From Patescibacteria group bacterium (GTDB taxonomy: Bacteria; Patescibacteriota; Patescibacteriia; UBA2591; UBA6264), in the NCBI GenBank assembly GCA_028713575.1, contig JAQTOB010000002.1, positions 1 to 32,000 of the forward strand: a stretch of DNA of 32,000 nt, in the 5' to 3' direction. The notes beneath the pieces are model-generated. The model searched no databases, had not been told where the DNA came from, and was given only the letters and a program-made list of their open reading frames with translations. The position numbers and the translations under genes are program-made. How positions within the stretch are numbered: position 1 is the first letter of the stretch; each line of letters opens with the position of its first letter. Of the stretch, positions 31,263 to 32,000 are shown piece by piece.

Positions 31263-32000
31263 ATGAACATTTTTTTTATTGTTTTAATCGTTATCGTTTT
31301 ACTCGGATTTTCAGGCGTGTTTTATTTCTTATTTCGGGCATTTGACAATAAAAAAGCCAATGAGGGACAGGGGATGATGATGTTGCAGAATCAGATCGGT
31401 GAAATTAGGCAAAGTATTCAGTCTCAGTATCAGCAAAGCCTTAATCTTACTAAAGATTTAACAGAAAAACTGGGCAAATTAGACCAAACCAATCAACAGA
31501 TTGTTGGTTTTGCCGACCAGTTACAGGGATTACAGGATATTTTGAAAAATCCCAAACAAAGAGGCGTTTTGGGGGAATATTTTTTGGAATCGGTGTTAAA
31601 GAATGTTTTGCCGCCGAAGATTTATAAAATGCAATATAGCTTGGGGAAAGACGAGGAAACAGAAAAAGAATTAATCGTAGACGCGGTAATTTTTATTAAA
31701 GAAAAAATCATTCCTATTGATTCCAAATTCTCTTTGGAAAATTATAATCGTTTACTAAACGAACACAATCCGGAGCAGCAAAAACAGTTGGAAAAAATTT
31801 TTAAGCAGGATTTAAAAAACAGGATTGATGAAACCTCCAAATACATTAAGCCAGAAAAAAATACTTTTGACTTTGCTTTTATGTTTATTCCTTCTGAAGC
31901 TATTTATTATGATTTATTAATCAATCAAGTTGGCCCGATTAAAAGCGTTACTAATAACTTGATTGAATACGCGGTAAAGGAAAAAAGAGTAATTATTGTT
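31263..32000 (+). CDS. rmuC: DNA recombination protein RmuC (3' end beyond the window)
   Basis: Open frame from the ATG at 31263 to the window end (246 codons, absent from the ORF track because there is no stop). N-terminal TM, a coiled-coil region, then RGVLGEYFLESVL, DAVIFIKEKIIPIDSKF and DFAFMFIPSEAIYYDLL, all typical of RmuC. Confidence 0.85.
   Translation, partial: MNIFFIVLIVIVLLGFSGVFYFLFRAFDNKKANEGQGMMMLQNQIGEIRQSIQSQYQQSLNLTKDLTEKLGKLDQTNQQIVGFADQLQGLQDILKNPKQRGVLGEYFLESVLKNVLPPKIYKMQYSLGKDEETEKELIVDAVIFIKEKIIPIDSKFSLENYNRLLNEHNPEQQKQLEKIFKQDLKNRIDETSKYIKPEKNTFDFAFMFIPSEAIYYDLLINQVGPIKSVTNNLIEYAVKEKRVIIV

Noticed and set aside
1-32000. Alternative genetic code (UGA sense, as in some candidate-phyla lineages)
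   Set aside because: cdd (13231-13233) and tatD (14040-14042) terminate at TGA at the expected protein lengths. All conserved genes are intact under the standard code.

Overview
AT-rich, tightly packed bacterial chromosomal segment, almost all coding on the + strand, with many 4-23 nt gene overlaps. Gene content and style suggest a reduced-genome, Patescibacteria/CPR-like organism; this is inference only, as there is no rRNA in the window. TGA is used as a stop codon, so the genetic code is standard. Recognisable housekeeping genes: rpsI (with a Lys/Ala-rich N-terminal extension), tRNA-Gln(UUG), cdd, tatD, a UvrD-family helicase fused to a Cas4/AddB-type Fe-S nuclease domain, pheS, pheT, a PfkB sugar kinase, PduL phosphotransacylase, a HIT hydrolase and 5'-partial-window rmuC. 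Two surface-glycan clusters dominate. Cluster 1 (1858-9100) has a Wzx-like flippase, one GT1/GT4, three GT2 and a Wzy/O-antigen-ligase-like protein. Cluster 2 (22966-30013) has a GT2, a GT4, a 754-aa GT-C-like membrane protein and small membrane proteins. The most unusual signal is not a gene. It is a set of short GC-rich perfect palindromes in an AT-rich background that recur at several loci. They often carry a tandem duplication of one hairpin arm. In at least three cases they lie in frame inside coding sequence: two glycosyltransferases and the flippase C-terminus, where the element supplies the stop codon. This resembles Rickettsia palindromic elements. Other items: a GC-rich three-way-junction RNA candidate (12507-12590), a mosaic repeat field after tRNA-Gln, a MITE-like 140-bp element with perfect 20-bp inverted termini, a duplicated promoter-leader cassette driving small membrane peptides, two unlisted small ORFs and two probable leaderless genes. 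No CRISPR array, integrase, transposase or recognisable defence/toxin genes were seen.
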